DNA from: Octopus bimaculoides
Lineage: Eukaryota
DNA: 59,980 bases
NCBI RefSeq assembly: GCF_001194135.2
Contig: NC_069000.1
Location: 32,400,876 to 32,460,855 of the forward strand
Reading direction: 5' to 3'
Shown here one piece after another: positions 11,138-25,311 of this stretch. A program made the translations under genes and the position numbers. The notes under the pieces were generated by a model. That model worked only from the letters and a program-made list of their open reading frames with translations. It was not told the DNA's origin and searched no databases. The stretch's first letter is position 1, and each line of letters begins with the position of its first letter.

Positions 11138-14100
11138 ACAGATATATACATGTATTTATAAATTAAATAAAAGGATAATGTATGCTTCATTTAGTTGTTA
11201 TTATGCATTCAATTCAATGTATCGATGTCATATCTAGTCTAGACTGTCAATGAAATTTACAAATCCATGCACCAAGTCTATTTATTTCTGCAAGAGAGCG
11301 TTCTTTGCAAAATGACTGCACAAAAGTTTTCTTTAGTGGAAAATTTGAAAAGAGATCGTATTTCGAAGGAATCTTTTAAAAAAGATTTCTATGTACTTGC
11401 TTTATTTTTGTTCGAGAACTTTGATTTATATTTACTCGTACAGTTGCACACACTTTTCATTCAAATTCGTTTATGTTAGGGTAATTTTATTTTCTATTAA
11501 TAATATTTAAACCGTCTGATGAAGAACGCATATTTGTGTGTGCATATGTGTGTGCGTATATAGTTATATACCTTGTATTCAACAGAAGCGATACTGGATT
11601 AAAATAGCCATCTGTGTACCATACTTACGGAAGATATGCCATGGAAAAGTAAAATGACTGCGGTATTCCTTCGTAGATACTATTTGTTATGGACCTACTA
11701 TGTTTAAAGATGTAAAATATATTATTAACAGACGAAAATCAACCAGCGGAGAGGAGGAATCTATACACGCATTTCAATTCTTTTGTGAGGTTTTTCAGTG
11801 GCGCGTTCCCACTGCCAAACTACCAGTGCAATTTCTGGGCGATTTTCGTCTGCTAGTGACATACTTATATACTTTTCTGTGTTTAAACACCGAACGTCCA
11901 TAAACGATATTATCTCCGAAAGGATACACGGATAGCGCAGTTAATTGCCTTTACGTGATATATCTGAGGTAATTATGTTTTATGCATATGCATATANNNN
12001 NNNNNNNNNNNNNNNNNNNNNNNNNNNNNNNNNNNNNNNNNNNNNNNNNNNNNNNNNNNNNNNNNNNNNNNNNNNNNNNNNNNNNNNNNNNNNNNNNNNN
12101 NNNNNNNNNNNNNNNNNNNNNNNNNNNNNNNNNNNNNNNNNNNNNNNNNNNNNNNNNNNNNNNNNNNNNNNNNNNNNNNNNNNNNNNNNNNNNNNNNNNN
12201 NNNNNNNNNNNNNNNNNNNNNNNNNNNNNNNNNTATATATATATATATATATATCCATATACATATACGTAGACACACATACACAAGCCACACGCTGTAA
12301 TACCCGGTGTTGCCTGGATTGAGACAGGGAATTGTTGTTACCGCTGCAAAGTAATTTTTGTTGAACTGTAGTTTAACATCTCTAATCTCTTTCTGAAGCT
12401 TCGTCTACTTCACTCTAACACCCTTGCGATACTCATGATAATAGGATTAGTTAAATTTTCTAGTCATGTACATGCATACGTACGCAATACATATCCATAT
12501 ATACAAACGCATATATATAAGTCTTTGAAATAGCCACTTCTAGATATTTTGATGTATCACATCTCATCGCGAATGCTGCACCTTTGCTTTTAAGGAACAG
12601 GAGATATCTATTAAATACTTAATCGATAATAGAGATAAGAATATCTGTAAGTAACGAATTTTGGATACAAAATGAATGACTTTTGTGCCGCTGTGGAATA
12701 TATCGCAAACACCTTCAGTTCGCTGTATGAAAACCGCTTGCTACAAGATTCTCAAGAGATAAGATATCGTTATAAAATTTATTTACTACGAAATTCGCTT
12801 TAAGGTTTGTTTCAATGGCTATGCCAAAAGCACACCAGGGCCTAAATGTATCCACATACTTATAAATGAATACCTGTTGAATATGCCAATAAAACTAACA
12901 ACGTGTTGCAAGTACAATAGGTCTGATATTATTGTACTGCAAATGAAAAGTATGCATGTACTATTGTAAAGGTCAGCTACGCAGTAGTAGAGAATGTCTC
13001 ATCTAAATAGGACAACGGATAAATATCAATGGAGAACAAATGACTAACAATACATACCAGGACTGCAAACTTAAGTTTATACCCAAGATTTATAAGAATG
13101 GGTTTAGCTGGAATAAAGTTCAGGGAAGGGATTCTTAATACGTGATGGTGCTCGAAGCAGTCACGTTTCACCTTGCAAAACTGTTTAATTTGTTTTAGAA
13201 GACCGATGAATCTCTCTCTCTCTCTCCTGTTCTGCCCCTTTCTTTGTATAATTCTCTTTTTGCGAAGGCTATGCTCCAGAAATGCAAGAGCCAAAATAAT
13301 GCCCAATGAACAAAAGAGATCTTCAAGACTTTAAACATCCAGGATGAGTTAGAAAATGTGGATTGTTCATTCATTTGTTATTATATACGTGATCAGCAGT
13401 TTACACAAGCCGATACGGTAGTATGTTGTTGGTAAAACAATATACAGTGCCAACGATATAAAAGACAGTCTCTTGAGTAAATGCATCGAATACTTTTACT
13501 ACTGACTACATATATACGGTTTTGTACGAAGAATTTTGGTGGAATATGCTCATGAAATCTTCCGCCAAATAGAACCGCAATAGGACTGATAGTTCTTTGA
13601 GAGAGATATGGTAAGTTACGTTCAGTTATAATTTTCATTTTGCTTGCATACGTGAACACTTATTTCATTCAAAATCCACCAGAAGGTGAATATGTACGGA
13701 TAATTGCTCTTATATTTACAGCTTCCCTACCCAGACAGGCAGATATGTTTCCATACACACACATATGATACACGCACACATATTATACACACATACACAG
13801 ATAGATAGATATAGATATTAACACACATTTACATACATACATATATGTGTGAGTATGAATATGTATGTATGTGCGTATGTGTATCTATATGCATATACGA
13901 ATATTGGAATCTAGAATTCAAATTAACTACTTAATATATAAAATAATATATCGAAGCCCTAGAGGAGAGGTTTAAATCCGATCCTGTTCTTCATATATTC
14001 CTAATAATCGATCAATATGAAGCGATTATACGAAGGAATGCAGTCTTAGAAAAGCAAGAACTTTATCGTAAAACGAACGCATGCTGCAATATCAAACTAC

Positions 14101-15740
14101 CACTTCCGCCCCATTCACCCTACTTGCATCTAATATACAAGAAATGAAACGAAATAGCTGCCGGACTCCACATTGAAATGTTCACTCCTCTGTACTAAGT
14201 AGTATAGTTACGATCACATTCATGTAACCAACTGGTAGTTTTGAATATTAGATCCTGTACAGGTGGAGAAAGAAGTGGAGCAGTAGGGTAGATGGACAAG
14301 GAGGTGGAGAATATGTTCTTATAGATTGAGATGATTCCCTTGCAATTGTTGTTGTCCCTCAAGCTGAAGAGAAAATCGGTTTCGATTATGGAAAATGCTA
14401 TTGGGAAATTGCATGTGAACGATAACAAAAATAAATAAGACGATATAACATTACATTACACGTACGAGCTACGAGCCATTTTGTTTATTCAATCACAAAA
14501 TTCAGCTCAATATTAATATAACGGTTTATCATCTTCATCCTCAACCTTATTATGTTCATCATTTTCATTAATAATATTATAATTATTATCTTTAATTTAT
14601 CACCACCAACATGATTACCATTATCATCATCACCACTACACCACCACCACAACACCACCACCACCACCACCGCCGCCGCTAGCATCATCATCACCATCAT
14701 TAACGTCGTCGTCGACGTTGTCATCATCATCATCATCATCAACATTACTATTATTGTTATTGATGAAATTAATTTTATCGTTTGATAACCCGAGTGCTTC
14801 GGTAATTACAGCAAATTTTATTACTATACAGATTATGCTTTACCTCTTTTAATAAAAAAAAAGGTATATAAAAGTTTTTAAAATTAATAGGTTAAATCGC
14901 TTAATTAATAAATATTTGATAACCTAAGAAGAAATAATTATTCATAAATTACATCTCGGATTTATAAAATAAGGCTTCATTTTTCCTCCCTACATTCAAT
15001 AGGCCTCCGTCTTTTCATTCATCCTTTCTTTTGTGGTTCGTTTTTCCTTTTGCCTTCTGTCATTCTTTCTTTTTTCTTTCTTTCTTTCTTTATTTCTTTC
15101 TTTGTTTCTTTCTTTCTTCCTTTAATCGTCCTTCCCTCTCATTCTTTCTTTAAAATTCATTTCGTTATTAGAGTCTTTGTATTCCTTCGTTGTTATTACA
15201 TATATGCTTCGATTTCCAACATGAATAGCATTGATTTATATCGATATACTGTAAATTAATACTTTAATATAAGTGCTTATATTATACATGTCCTGAATAA
15301 ACATATACACACTCACAGGCATATACATGTATATATATGCATGTATATACATACGCTTATATCATGCACACATGTAAGTATATATATATATATNNNNNNN
15401 NNNNNNNNNNNNNNNNNNNNNNNNNNNNNNNNNNNNNNNNNNNNNNNNNNNNNNNNNNNNNNNNNNNNNNNNNNNNNNNNNNNNNNNNNNNNNNNNNNNN
15501 NNNNNNNNNNNNNNNNNNNNNNNNNNNNNNNNNNNNNNNNNNNNNNNNNNNNNNNNNNNNNNNNNNNNNNNNNNNNNNNNNNNNNNNNNNNNNNNNNNNN
15601 NNNNNNNNNNNNNNNNNNNNNNNNNNNNNNNNNNNNNNNNNNNNNNNNNNNNNNNNNNATATATATATGTATATATACGTGTGTGCACATGTATGTATGT
15701 TATGTATTTATTTGTGCATATACAGTCATATGGTGTGAGA

Positions 15741-15778
<38 letters not shown>

Positions 15779-16352
15779 CGTTCAATAGATAATTCTATGT
15801 ATATGTTGAATTTTTCTTTTCACGGGGCTCCTCTATTCCCCCTGTGTGTGTGTGTGTGTGTGTGTTTTCTGCTTTTCTATGCCTATACTTTGGATGTCAA
15901 TCTGTCTTCACGTGAAAAAGAAACCATATCCACTGTTGCTTGTATTCACAATATTATCGAAAATTTTTGGTAAACACTTCCGTTTCGAACAACAATACCG
16001 CTCTACTTTAACATTTCCTTTCATTAAATTGCTGTCTCTCTTTTATGCTTTCTTTCTTTCTCTTTCTTCACAACTCTCTCTTTCTCGCTCTTTCTTTGTT
16101 TCTTACTCCTTCTCCCTCTCCCCTTGTCTTATTGATTCTATTGCGTTGATAAATAGAAAGCATTGTATGTATGTATGTATGTATGTATGTATGTATGTAT
16201 GTATGTATGTATGTATGCATGTATATCCATGTTCATATACTTCTCATGGGAATTGTATATATCCTTATATTTTTACATGCGGATAGATCATTGCATATAT
16301 ATTGTGTTTATACATACACATGCAAATATGTGTCTATACAGTGCGCATGTAT

Positions 16353-16391
<39 letters not shown>

Positions 16392-16804
16392 AGTATACGT
16401 GTATAAACATATAAAATAAAACCTGTTTGTGTGTTTGTGTGTGTGCGTGCGCGCGTTTGCTGTAACGATTCCCAAAATCACAGTGTCATTATGTTGATCA
16501 TATCCCAATACATGTTAAGTTAGTGTGCGTGTGTGTAGTTGAACAATCGTGAACTTAAACTACTATTATGTGGATTGCCTAACCATGGACATCTAAAATG
16601 CGCATGTTATCGTTTGAGAGAGATCAAATCCCTGTTTCAAGTTTGTATTGAATTCCGAGTAATTCAACAACTGTAGATATACAAGCAGAACCTACGCAAT
16701 TTGTAATGTTCTGACTTCGTTTGTTCGCGCTCATATCCGTATAAGAACATACATCTCTCTTTTTCATTCTCTCAGTATATATATATGTATGTATACACTT
16801 TACA

Positions 16805-17153
16805 CTTTTACACTTTTACTTGTTTCAGTCTTTTGACTGTGGCCATGCTGGAGCACCGCCTTTAGTTGAGCAAATCGACCTCAGGACTTATTCTTTAGAA
16901 GCCTAGTACTTATTCTATCGGTCTCTTTTGCCGAACCGCTGGGTTACGGGGACATAAACACACCAGCATCGGTTGTCAAGCGATGTTGGGGGGACAAAAA
17001 CAGACACACAAACACACACACACATACATATACATATATACATATATACGACAGGCTTCTTTCAGTTTCCGTCTACCAAATCCACTCACAAGGCTTTGGT
17101 CGGCCCGAGGCTATAGTAGAAGACACTTGCCCAAAGTGCCACGCAATGGGACT
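16805..17153 (-). mobile_element. SINE family 1, 5'-truncated
   Basis: The reverse complement aligns with 1405-1740. It has an internal CA/TA microsatellite and a (TAAAAGTG)n tail, and stops just 3' of the B-box where the adjacent inverted-repeat element begins. Confidence 0.92.
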
Positions 17154-17154
17154 G

Positions 17155-17800
17155 TATGTATATTAGGAAGTTAAAAGTTATCGCCGGTCATAGAGTGGCG
17201 ATTGGTGTCACACCTATAAAGCGCTTAGTAATATAGGCGACTTGACAGATTCTAAAGGCTGAAGGCGCATACCCTCTCGAGAATTGGAGGAAAAAATTCT
17301 TAATGGTCAGTTGGTCTTGTAAACAAAATATAACTGTTCGTGTTGCAGGACGCGTTTATCCCCCTTACATCGGCTCCGGCCAGGGAAATATTCAAAACTC
17401 TGGAAAGATTATTCACCGAATGGTGAATTCTAAGTCTGAAGTAGATGGCGGCATTGATTGAATAAATCTTTCATGGGAATTAAGAAGGTTCCCGGGTCGC
17501 GTAACATCATGTCTCTGGACAGCCACGTATAGCGCTTAAAAGCGGAAGGAATCCCATACATAATTAAACGGAAGCTTTTTGAACAACCAATAGCTTATAT
17601 AAACGGAAGCAAATGGGGTGAGTTTTGCTTGACCGAGAAGCCAAGAATCTTAGAACAAGGACTTGCTCGACCTGGGGTCCTTTTTAGACGTCAGGATAGA
17701 TGTATTCAGTCAGTCGCCTATGCTGCTAGGCGCTTTACAGGTGCGAAACCAACGGTCACTATATAGCCGGCCATAACTTTTAACTTCCTAAAATATACAT
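17155..17800. mobile_element. Non-autonomous DNA transposon (MITE-like) with ~85-95 bp terminal inverted repeats
   Basis: Left end TTAGGAAGTTAAAAGTTATCGCCGG...ATAGGCGACT mirrors right end AGTCGCCTAT...CCGGCCATAACTTTTAACTTCCTAA. No ORF. Exact termini and TSD are ambiguous (TA possible at 17164 and 17789). Confidence 0.85.
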
Positions 17801-17839
17801 TACCGCTCTAATTCTTTAGAAAGTGCTTCCTATAAGCCT

Positions 17840-17962
17840 AGGCGTTGGTGTGTGGCAAATAGTTTGCTTCCCAATCACATGATGCTGGGTTCAGTTCCAT
17901 TGTGGGTTCGACGAAGATTTTGTGAGTGGATGTGGTAAATGGAAATTGAGAGAAGTTCGTCT
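17840..17962 (+). mobile_element. SINE family 1 head fragment with internal deletion
   Basis: TGTGTGGCAAATAGTTTGCTTCCCAATCACATG..GGGTTCAGTTCC, then TTGTGAGTGGAT.TGGTAAATGGAAA, as in the 1348 copy. Confidence 0.75.
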
Positions 17963-18384
17963 TTGTTGTTGTTGTTGCTGTGCTGATGTGATGTTGTTGC
18001 TGTGTGAGTGTATTTATATACATTCTTACGCTCGTGTGTGAAAAAAAGAATCTTTTCCTTATTGAAAGCTCTCTCTATATTTCTTTCAATTCAATTCTTT
18101 AAGAGACTGTGTTATATCAACGAAGAAACAAATAACTTATTGTAAAGAGAATGTAAGTCGTAAGAGATATGAATATGTAAACAAAACAGAGCGCTCTATA
18201 TTGCAGAAGTCTAGCTATTTGGGGAAGTCAAAACTATGATACATTGAAGAAAATTTAGATCAGCAACGGTTAAAGTGACTATGTAAATAATAACCCACCG
18301 AAATGTCGCCGATCCGTATCCTCCCACTACTCATCTTATCTCAAGTTGTTTGTGTAGGAAGAAGTCTTAATAGTATAACGTTCG

Positions 18385-18510
18385 TTGCGGTCGTGAGCTG
18401 ACAAAATCGTTTGCACGCCGGATAAAATGGTTAGAAGCATTTAGTCTGTTTCTATGTTCTGAATTCAAATTCCCCCGAGGTCAACTTTCTCCTGTCAGCC
18501 TTTCAGGGTC
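18385..18510 (+). mobile_element. SINE family 2 fragment
   Basis: GAGCTGACAAAATCGTT..CACGCCGG..AAAATG..GTTCTGAATTCAAATTCCCCCGAGGTCAACTTT matches other copies. Confidence 0.75.
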
Positions 18511-19033
18511 GCATCTGTTCATATGAATATGTGCATATGCTATACACGCGCGCGCGCGCACACACACACATGTATATATATATATATTGGTGCTATTAAG
18601 TTAGACATGGCCTGGGCCTATAGTAGATGAAACCTATCAAAGTTATCAAAGTTATACGTGTGTGTGTGTGTACTGGGCAGGGTATGCATCCATGTATATA
18701 TAGATGGACGAGTATATCAATATATATATATNNNNNNNNNNNNNNNNNNNNNNNNNNNNNNNNNNNNNNNNNNNNNNNNNNNNNNNNNNNNNNNNNNNNN
18801 NNNNNNNNNNNNNNNNNNNNNNNNNNNNNNNNNNNNNNNNNNNNNNNNNNNNNNNNNNNNNNNNNNNNNNNNNNNNNNNNNNNNNNNNNNNNNNNNNNNN
18901 NNNNNNNNNNNNNNNNNNNNNNNNNNNNNNNNNNNNNNNNNNNNNNNNNNNNNNNNNNNNNNNNNNNNNNNNNNNNNNNNNNNNNNNNNNNNNNNNNNNN
19001 NNNNNNNNNNNNNNNNNNNNNNNNNNNNNNNNN

Positions 19034-19098
<65 letters not shown>

Positions 19099-20381
19099 AG
19101 AGGAGAGAGAAAGGGAAAGAAATATAGTATGTAGGGAGGGAGGGGGATCCCACCTGTTCTCGCTTGAAAAACATCTGCTTATTCCGTTATTACAATCCAA
19201 TATGTAGCTGCTGTCATTGTTTTATTGATTCAAATTGCATATTAAAATTGAAAATTGTGAAAATATGGTGTAACAAAACAGGAATCATTATATAGCAAAA
19301 CAAGAATTTGGAAAATTTACTGTTACTATTTATTCACCATTACACGGGTTTCATTTTCTAATAGGAATTAAAGAGTTTTACATGTGTGTGTATGCAGCTG
19401 TGTGTGTAAATGTTTGTGCGCGTGCGCTCCCATGATGATCTTTTGTAAATAAGCATTCAATTGGACTGGGAACATTCGATGTAAGTTTCCAAACAACCAC
19501 AATATTGAAACATAAGTTAGAAATAATACATAAATTTGTGTGTTTTCGTAATTTCTCCTTCATTTGCTTTGTATATCATAGTCACAGATATTAGAAGATA
19601 CAGTAGTAGATAAACGTAAAAGATGTAATAAAGTTACTGTCTCTACCACATAGTCTATGTCACACATGATTTGCGGGTGGTCAAGAATCACCAACCTCAC
19701 GATTCCTTGTGTTTTACTAACATTCACATGCCACTCTGTCGTAATTACTGTAATAAATTTGCCGGGACACTGTCAATGCTGTGCATAAAGTGTTGCTAGA
19801 TTAGTAATGATAGGCTACGCATGTAATAATAACAAGTTGCTCTTCTAGAAAATTTGCTGAGGCTTTGCATTATACAGTGTTACATTTTTCCTGGTTTTTT
19901 TTTTATGTAACTTTAGCAAAAGCGTACCAGGTGGTGGTATCCGTCACCATCAGAACCAAAAACTTCGAAGTTACCAGAAGAGAAAAGGAAGAAATCAACT
20001 GACAGGAGGGAAAGGGTCGACAATATCAGCCTCGTCCTTCACCAACATTACCATGCAGTCAAAGGCATCGACTCTTCTGTGCAGGAATTGGTCAATAGAG
20101 ACATCAAAGTTATCAACAGAAAGGAAGCGTACAACAAAAAAGAAACTAAATTGTCGGATACGAGATGAAGTCGTCACTGCCGCCGCCGACAACGAAGACA
20201 ACGACGACGACGACGACGACGACTATAGACAATATGACGTTGTTGCTACGGGAAAAGTCAAAATAGCGTTAGCTACCCATATCATAGAACTGTGGAACTG
20301 TTTGTCAGCTCGTTAGTTATTCACTATAATAACGTACTGAAATGAATTCTGACTGAACGAGACAGAAAGACATAGTCTTTC

Positions 20382-20437
<56 letters not shown>

Positions 20438-22649
20438 NNNNNNNNNNNNNNNNNNNNNNNNNNNNNNNNNNNNNNNNNNNNNNNNNNNNNNNNNNNNNNN
20501 NNNNNNNNNNNNNNNNNNNNNNNNNNNNNNNNNNNNNNNNNNNNNNNNNNNNNNNNNNNNNNNNNNNNNNNNNNNNNNNNNNNNNNNNNNNNNNNNNNNN
20601 NNNNNNNNNNNNNNNNNNNNNNNNNNNNNNNNNNNNNNNNNNNNNNNNNNNNNNNNNNNNNNNNNNNNNNNNNNNNNNNNNNNNNNNNNNNNNNNNNNNN
20701 NNNNNNNNNNNNNNNNNNNNNNNNNNNNNNNNNNNNNNNNNNNNNNNNNNNNNNNNNNNNNNNNNNNNNNNNNNNNNNNNNNNNNNNNNNNNNNNNNNNN
20801 NNNNNNNNNNNNNNNNNNNNNNNNNNNNNNNNNNNNNNNNNNNNNNNNNNNNNNNNNNNNNNNNNNNNNNNNNNNNNNNNNNNNNNNNNNNNNNNNNNNN
20901 NNNNNNNNNNNNNNNNNNNNNNNNNNNNNNNNNNNNNNNNNNNNNNNNNNNNNNNNNNNNNNNNNNNNNNNNNNNNNNNNNNNGAAAGAAAGAAAGAAAG
21001 AAAGAAAGAATTATTTAAAAAAATGTTTTTAAGCCACGCAGTGATTTAAGTTCAAGAAGTCTGGCAGCGAATCAAAGTACAATTGGCCACTCTTTAAATG
21101 CCACGGATGAAAACTGACGAAAATCAAATAGAAATTCAATAATAATAATAATAAAAATAATGATGATAATAATAATAATAATAATAATGATCATGATAAT
21201 AATAAAGAAAAAATCAAAATAAAAGTTGGCTTTCTCTCGTATTATGTACCAAAACCACATAACCTAAATTCTTCGACATTAGTCGCAACTTTAATCTGCA
21301 CGAAGTTGCTGTCTCTTTTTACTTTGGTATGACTAGACACTTTTCATGAGAAGTCCAGCAGGTATGTGGTTTCTTTTCTGAATGAAATAAGCGTACACTG
21401 GCGGTGAAGGCGGAAGTTTGAAATTGCAGGAATTCGCTCAGCAAATTTGTGAACTCTTGTTCGATCCCATTGGTCGACATTTTGAGGATTTCTCATGTGT
21501 CAGACTCTCAGGTCCCACCAAAATTTTGAGAATGTGGTTTGTTAAAGAAAGTCGCCGTGCAAAAGTCGCCTATCAGATGTTTTTTTTTTTGTTCATAGAT
21601 CAGCTTAGAGCTGCGGCCATGCTGATGCATCAAATACACACACACACACACACACATGCATACATACGTATGCATGTGTGCGTGTGTTTGTGTGCATATG
21701 TTTACATATGTGTATATGTGTGTGGGGGGGGGGNNNNNNNNNNTGTGTGTGGGGGGGGGGTGTAGCATACGAGACATTAAGATAACATTTTTTTTTATTA
21801 TTATTATTAGAAGTCGCTCCAACGCTGGCAGTAATAAAACAGTAATAAAACATTTATCTTGCTGGAAGTTACAAAAGAATGGGAAGAAAAATAAACGAGA
21901 AGCTGCTTTAATAGTCATTACAAGAATCTAGACAAAATTTTAAGTGAAATAAATATTGTAGTAACAAGGTAATAAGAAGTGGAATTTCCATAAGATAGAT
22001 ATTCGAGGAAAGATACTACAAGAGAGAGAGGAAATAATCTTCTTACAGGCAGACCAGTAACAATGGAAAGTGAGAAGTATTAAGAGTAATTATATAAGAA
22101 CTCTTAGTAGAACAACAAATATTTATAGGAAAGAAAAGTAATATGTGGTCGATAAAAGCGTTGACGTTTAACTGCCAAAACATAACCAACAACGTTAAGA
22201 AAATACCTCCAATCAGTAATGAACATTACCGGTGACACCTCCTCTTTTCTAAGGTAACAAGTGTGTTCAACAGAAGAGTTAACGAAGAATTAACAGAAGA
22301 GTTAAGATTGATATAAATATGAATGCAATCGGTGGAAAAAATAGCGAAGAGCACACTTTAGAGAACCGAACTTCTTATCGGTTGATTTTCAATAGAATTT
22401 ATGCAATCATCTCGGATGAGATATTTAAAAATATTGACTCTCGAAGACGAAGATTAATAGACAGAAGTAGAACAATATCTGAGATGGAGATAGGAATTCT
22501 GTGAGAGTCGTCGTAACGGTTAATGGTAAGATGTTAAGTTTCTGTGGAGTGGAGTTATCGAATGCTGAACACACTCAAGAGAACCAGCTATTTCCATCCG
22601 TTAAAATTTATTGCCGTGACAAAATAAGCAATATTAACTAATGAGTAAT

Positions 22650-22850
22650 ATTGGTTTCAAATTTTGGCACAAAGCCAGCAATTTCGGGTGACCTGGTAAA
22701 ACGATTAGATCGATCCGAATACTCAACTGGTACTTATTTTATCGACCCCAAAAAGATGAAACGCAAAATGTAAAGTCGGAGGAAATGCCTCTAAGCATTT
22801 TACCCGACGGACTAAACATTCTGCCTTCTGACTGCCTTAGTTAATGAGTA
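22650..22850 (-). mobile_element. SINE family 2
   Basis: Reverse complement matches the 24462-24665 copy (CTGGTACTTATTTTATCGACCCC, GCCTCTAAGCATTTTACCCG, ATTCTGCC). Confidence 0.8.
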
Positions 22851-24039
22851 ATATTCTTTGAATTATTTCTGCAAGCACTGAAAACAACTCTAGACATGTT
22901 CCGACAATGTCATGACATCGTCAGTGAAGCATAGACTCTATGTATTTTTATAAATGTAGTAACAGGGAATCGCCAAGCAAATGTATAAAATAGTACAGCG
23001 TTACTATTTGAATGCTTAATTGTTTCGACGATAGATAGCACACAAAGACCATTCACCCATCAAAATCTTCATTGATCGTAGCTGAAATCACAGAATGAAC
23101 AAACAGCAGCAAAAACGTAAAAAGATATACAGGTCTGTAATACTGCGATACATTCACTGCTTCTGTCTTTTCTCCAGAGTTGTGAACTTGTAAAAAAAGT
23201 AAAAATGATCTAGATTTAAAGGGAAATCTTGAATAGACTTTACATTTTTTCTGTATTAATCAACTATTGAACGTCGTTCATCTTTCACAAATCCATCTAT
23301 TACAAAGATGATGATCTGACAGATTCGCTGATTAAATTTGAAATCTCCTCCCCTCTCGTTACGTTACAACACAGTGAGCTCAAGAAAATAATACAAAAAA
23401 AAAAAAACAATTATCTGTCAGATAATGCGTTCAATATAATTGATGAGTCCCTTTACCCATAATTTGCAAGAAATTATTATTATTGGGGGTTGAATTGACA
23501 GGATTATCAGAATGATCGACAAAATGCTTTGTTGCATTATATGACAACTTTTGATGTTCCCCTACACTTTAAGGCTGCCTTTGTTTTCCCCGAGATCCTA
23601 TAACAAATACCAATCAAGTATTGGTGATAATTAAAGAAGCTAGCCTTTCTCCTAGGAATATTTGTAACCTTAATCTTATAAATCGATATTCCTGACCAAA
23701 TTTTCATCAACGGCTTAACGTATCAATTGAAAAGTTGGCTTAAGAAATAAAGTGCTACGTTTTAGTAAATTTGCTGAAATGTGGATGAGTTACAAGTTTG
23801 GTGTTGCTGTGAGTTTACTCTGATTCTACAACTGAAGGTCAAACACCATAGTTGTGATAGTGCAATGGGGGATTTATGGGCTTTCTATTATGGACATTAC
23901 AATGTTACCCTCTTTATTTCGTTTCATATTTCATGTATGTGCATTTTTCAAAAATCATTATATTGTAATTCATGTTTCTAATGTACTGCATCATTACTTT
24001 TGTCAAAAATAATAGAAAGTGATGATGATGATGATGATG

Positions 24040-24074
<35 letters not shown>

Positions 24075-24386
24075 TATCGTCTTCAACATCCTTATCGTCA
24101 TCATCATCAACATGATCATCATCATGATCATCATCATCATCATCATCATCATCAGTAGTAGCAGTGGTGTTTTTTTCACTTTTCAGAGCACTCGATTTCA
24201 CTTGCTCCGGCTGATTCTGTGAGAGAGGACAGCAACCTGTTGTCAAGAGTCTCAGTGTTATCAATCATTGAATCACACGGCATCATAAAATCCCACATCT
24301 TACGTCCGTTGTTCGCTGTGACACGTTCCGTTTTATCCTCGTACTATTTCAATGTCCTTTTCCAGACCGTACTTCTCGCCACCACC

Positions 24387-24417
<31 letters not shown>

Positions 24418-24461
24418 TTACTACTAGAGCAGCATCAGCAGCAATAATAATATTATTATTA

Positions 24462-24672
24462 AGGCGTTGAGATGGCAGAATCGTTAGCATGCCGAGCAAA
24501 ATGCTTAACGCCATTTCGTCCGTCTGAGTTTAAATTACGCAGGGGTCGACTTTGCATTTGTCCCTTCTGGGTCAATAACTTAAGTATCAGTCAAACACTG
24601 TGGTCGATATAATCGACAATTCCCCTCTCGCAAAATTTCAGGCCTTATGTCTATAGGAGAAAAGATTATTAT
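24462..24672 (+). mobile_element. tRNA-derived SINE, family 2
   Basis: The head AGGCGTTGAGATGGCAGAATCGTTAGC has a B-box-like GAGTTTAAATT, the body has GGGGTCGACTTTGC and GGTCGATATAATCGAC, and the tail is (ATT)n. There are 10 or more copies in the window. Confidence 0.88.
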
Positions 24673-24685
24673 TATTATTATTAAT

Positions 24686-24725
<40 letters not shown>

Positions 24726-25311
24726 GTATTACTTGTATTATTATTCAACACATACATGAGATTCAACCTGCCTTCCATATGACGACCCGTTTTCGCTCAA
24801 ATTTGTCAGTAAAGCTCTCACCTGGAAATTTTCCCCTGAAATCTTTATTGATAATTCAAGACAAAGAGAATAGCATTACTGGTTGAATTTATTATTGACT
24901 TTATGAGCTCCTTTTTATTTTTCGATTAGCATTTTAAGAGCTGATTACGTATCAACGTTCTCCGAAGTTAATTGCCGTCAATATTTGATCTATTTTACTT
25001 CAACAAGCATCAACTGGATTCTCCTCCAGAATTGACAAATTTCACGTCATTCATGTTTTTTTCTTGTATTTCATGTTTTGTTTTCTTTGCGTCATTTCCA
25101 TAATTTCGGTGTGAAATAAGTCAAGATTCTAATAAAGATTACTAACAAGCTTTATCTTTGGAACAAATGAACACACAGATGTATAATGCTGTTCACACAT
25201 AGTCAGGTAGATATACATACGAAGGTATGTCTTCCCAGTTGTATAGATCAAGATAAGCATGAAGTAGAAAATTAGAAAGAAGAAAGAGTGCATCGAGTAT
25301 GATGGAATTTT

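Noticed and set aside
12595-12646. Plus-strand 52-nt exon candidate (EQEISIKYLIDNRDKNI) with AG/GTAAGT ends
   Set aside because: Too short, no recognisable homology and no compatible partner exon; consistent with chance in AT-rich DNA.
21722-21760. Poly-G tracts on both sides of a 10-N gap (possible G4)
   Set aside because: Probably the same TGTG-poly-G sequence represented twice at a contig join.
21870-22520. Purine-rich stretch with faint LINE RT-like words (YRPVT, KA-like)
   Set aside because: Too degraded to translate into a convincing motif series without a profile search.
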